Source of the DNA: a plasmid
DNA length: 64,000 nucleotides
Sequence record: NZ_CP085281.1
Direction: 5' to 3' (one strand)
Of this stretch, positions 63,562 through 64,000 are shown piece by piece (the first letter of the stretch is position 1; each line of letters starts with the position of its first letter). The notes under the pieces are model-generated. The model made no database searches and was not told the origin of the DNA. It saw nothing but the letters and a program-made list of their open reading frames with translations. A program made the position numbers and the translations under genes.

Positions 63562-64000
63562 CAGATGCTCACCTGCTGCGGGGTGGTGGACACCGCGCGG
63601 GCCCGGTCTTCGCGGGCGGGCCCGAGGATCTTGCCGCGGCCGATGCGGCCGCGACCGTCGGCGATGAAGCATTCGCCGCGACGGTTGGGCGCGACGGTCT
63701 CCTTGCGCCCGATGGGCGGAGAGGTGTTCTCGCGCAGCGTCTTGATCAGATAGGCGTCGCGTTCGATGTCGACACCGAGCCATTCCAGGGTGTTGGCGGC
63801 AGTGACCGCGTTGCGTTGACGGAAGGCGAACCGGTTCGGGATGAGATTGTGCGCTGCGGTCGCGTAGTCGGCCTTGGGGTCGTGAGAGGCGAGGATGATG
63901 CCGGCTGAGTGCTTTCTGCCGTCGCGCACGAACTCTTCGACGATCTGCTTGCCGACGGTGGTGGCGGTGAAGTGGTAGGCCTCGTCGACCACCAGCGCGC
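63561..64000 (-). CDS. C-terminal part of a conjugative-transfer ATPase (VirB4/TraE-like), truncated by the window edge
   Basis: Frame is open to the window end. Walker-B-like ALVVDEAYHF, then GIILASHDP and RGECFIADGRGRIGRGKI. Confidence 0.4.
   Translation of the reverse strand, partial: ALVVDEAYHFTATTVGKQIVEEFVRDGRKHSAGIILASHDPKADYATAAHNLIPNRFAFRQRNAVTAANTLEWLGVDIERDAYLIKTLRENTSPPIGRKETVAPNRRGECFIADGRGRIGRGKILGPAREDRARAVSTTPQQVSI

Noticed and set aside
1-64000. tRNA or rRNA genes
   Set aside because: No T-arm GGTTCGAATCC-like motifs or rRNA-like conserved stretches found by eye. A covariance-model scan would be needed to exclude tRNAs fully.

Overview
High-GC (about 66%) actinobacterial sequence, most likely Mycobacterium: it carries an MPT63-like antigen, a DUF2510 protein, an EspL/YbaB-like protein and a WhiA paralog. 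The window is a mosaic accessory or plasmid-like region, not core chromosome. Gene calls rest on recognisable motifs in the six-frame ORF track plus start/RBS checks; no searches were run, so every family assignment is a motif-level judgement. Left third (1-15 kb): a CYP102-like P450 (heme domain only), an ASCH-domain gene, an IS607-family element (tnpA serine recombinase plus tnpB), a minus-strand run containing two paralogous genes of unknown function around a soluble FtsK-like ATPase, vapBC, a whiA paralog, a possible SUKH/Smi1-Knr4 protein, proline iminopeptidase and an MPT63-like secreted protein with 24-bp coding tandem repeats. Middle (15-32 kb): a large secreted-like protein, an IS21 element (istA/istB) inserted with a 5-bp target duplication into a secreted HNH/DUF1524-like nuclease gene, a DUF2637 protein, an IS200/IS605 element (Y1 tnpA plus tnpB) with its left-end hairpin, a second vapBC with a perfect operator palindrome, and a degenerate FtsK-like pseudo-ATPase. 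32-47 kb: yefM/yoeB, an ATP-dependent DNA ligase, a tight minus-strand operon ending in a zinc-ribbon-less Sir2, abiEi/abiEii, then an ArdC-led minus-strand operon divergent from an ADP-ribosylglycohydrolase-TetR pair. 47-64 kb: one long minus-strand operon that looks like a conjugative T4SS-like module (VirB4-like fragment, VirB6-like, NlpC/P60-like pseudoenzyme, SLT transglycosylase, membrane FtsK-like ATPase, M15/LAS hydrolase). It also holds ESX-substrate-like Gly/Met-rich secreted proteins, an EspL-like protein, an S1 protease and a tandem trio of paralogs with near-identical 293-bp repeats. Features not explained by the ORFs: a dispersed ~30-bp repeat family with 10 copies plus one partial copy (consensus GGGGACGTGTCATTGCCGCTGGTCACAGG), and a conserved 35-bp promoter/operator-like element upstream of two plus-strand genes. 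No tRNA, rRNA or CRISPR array was seen.
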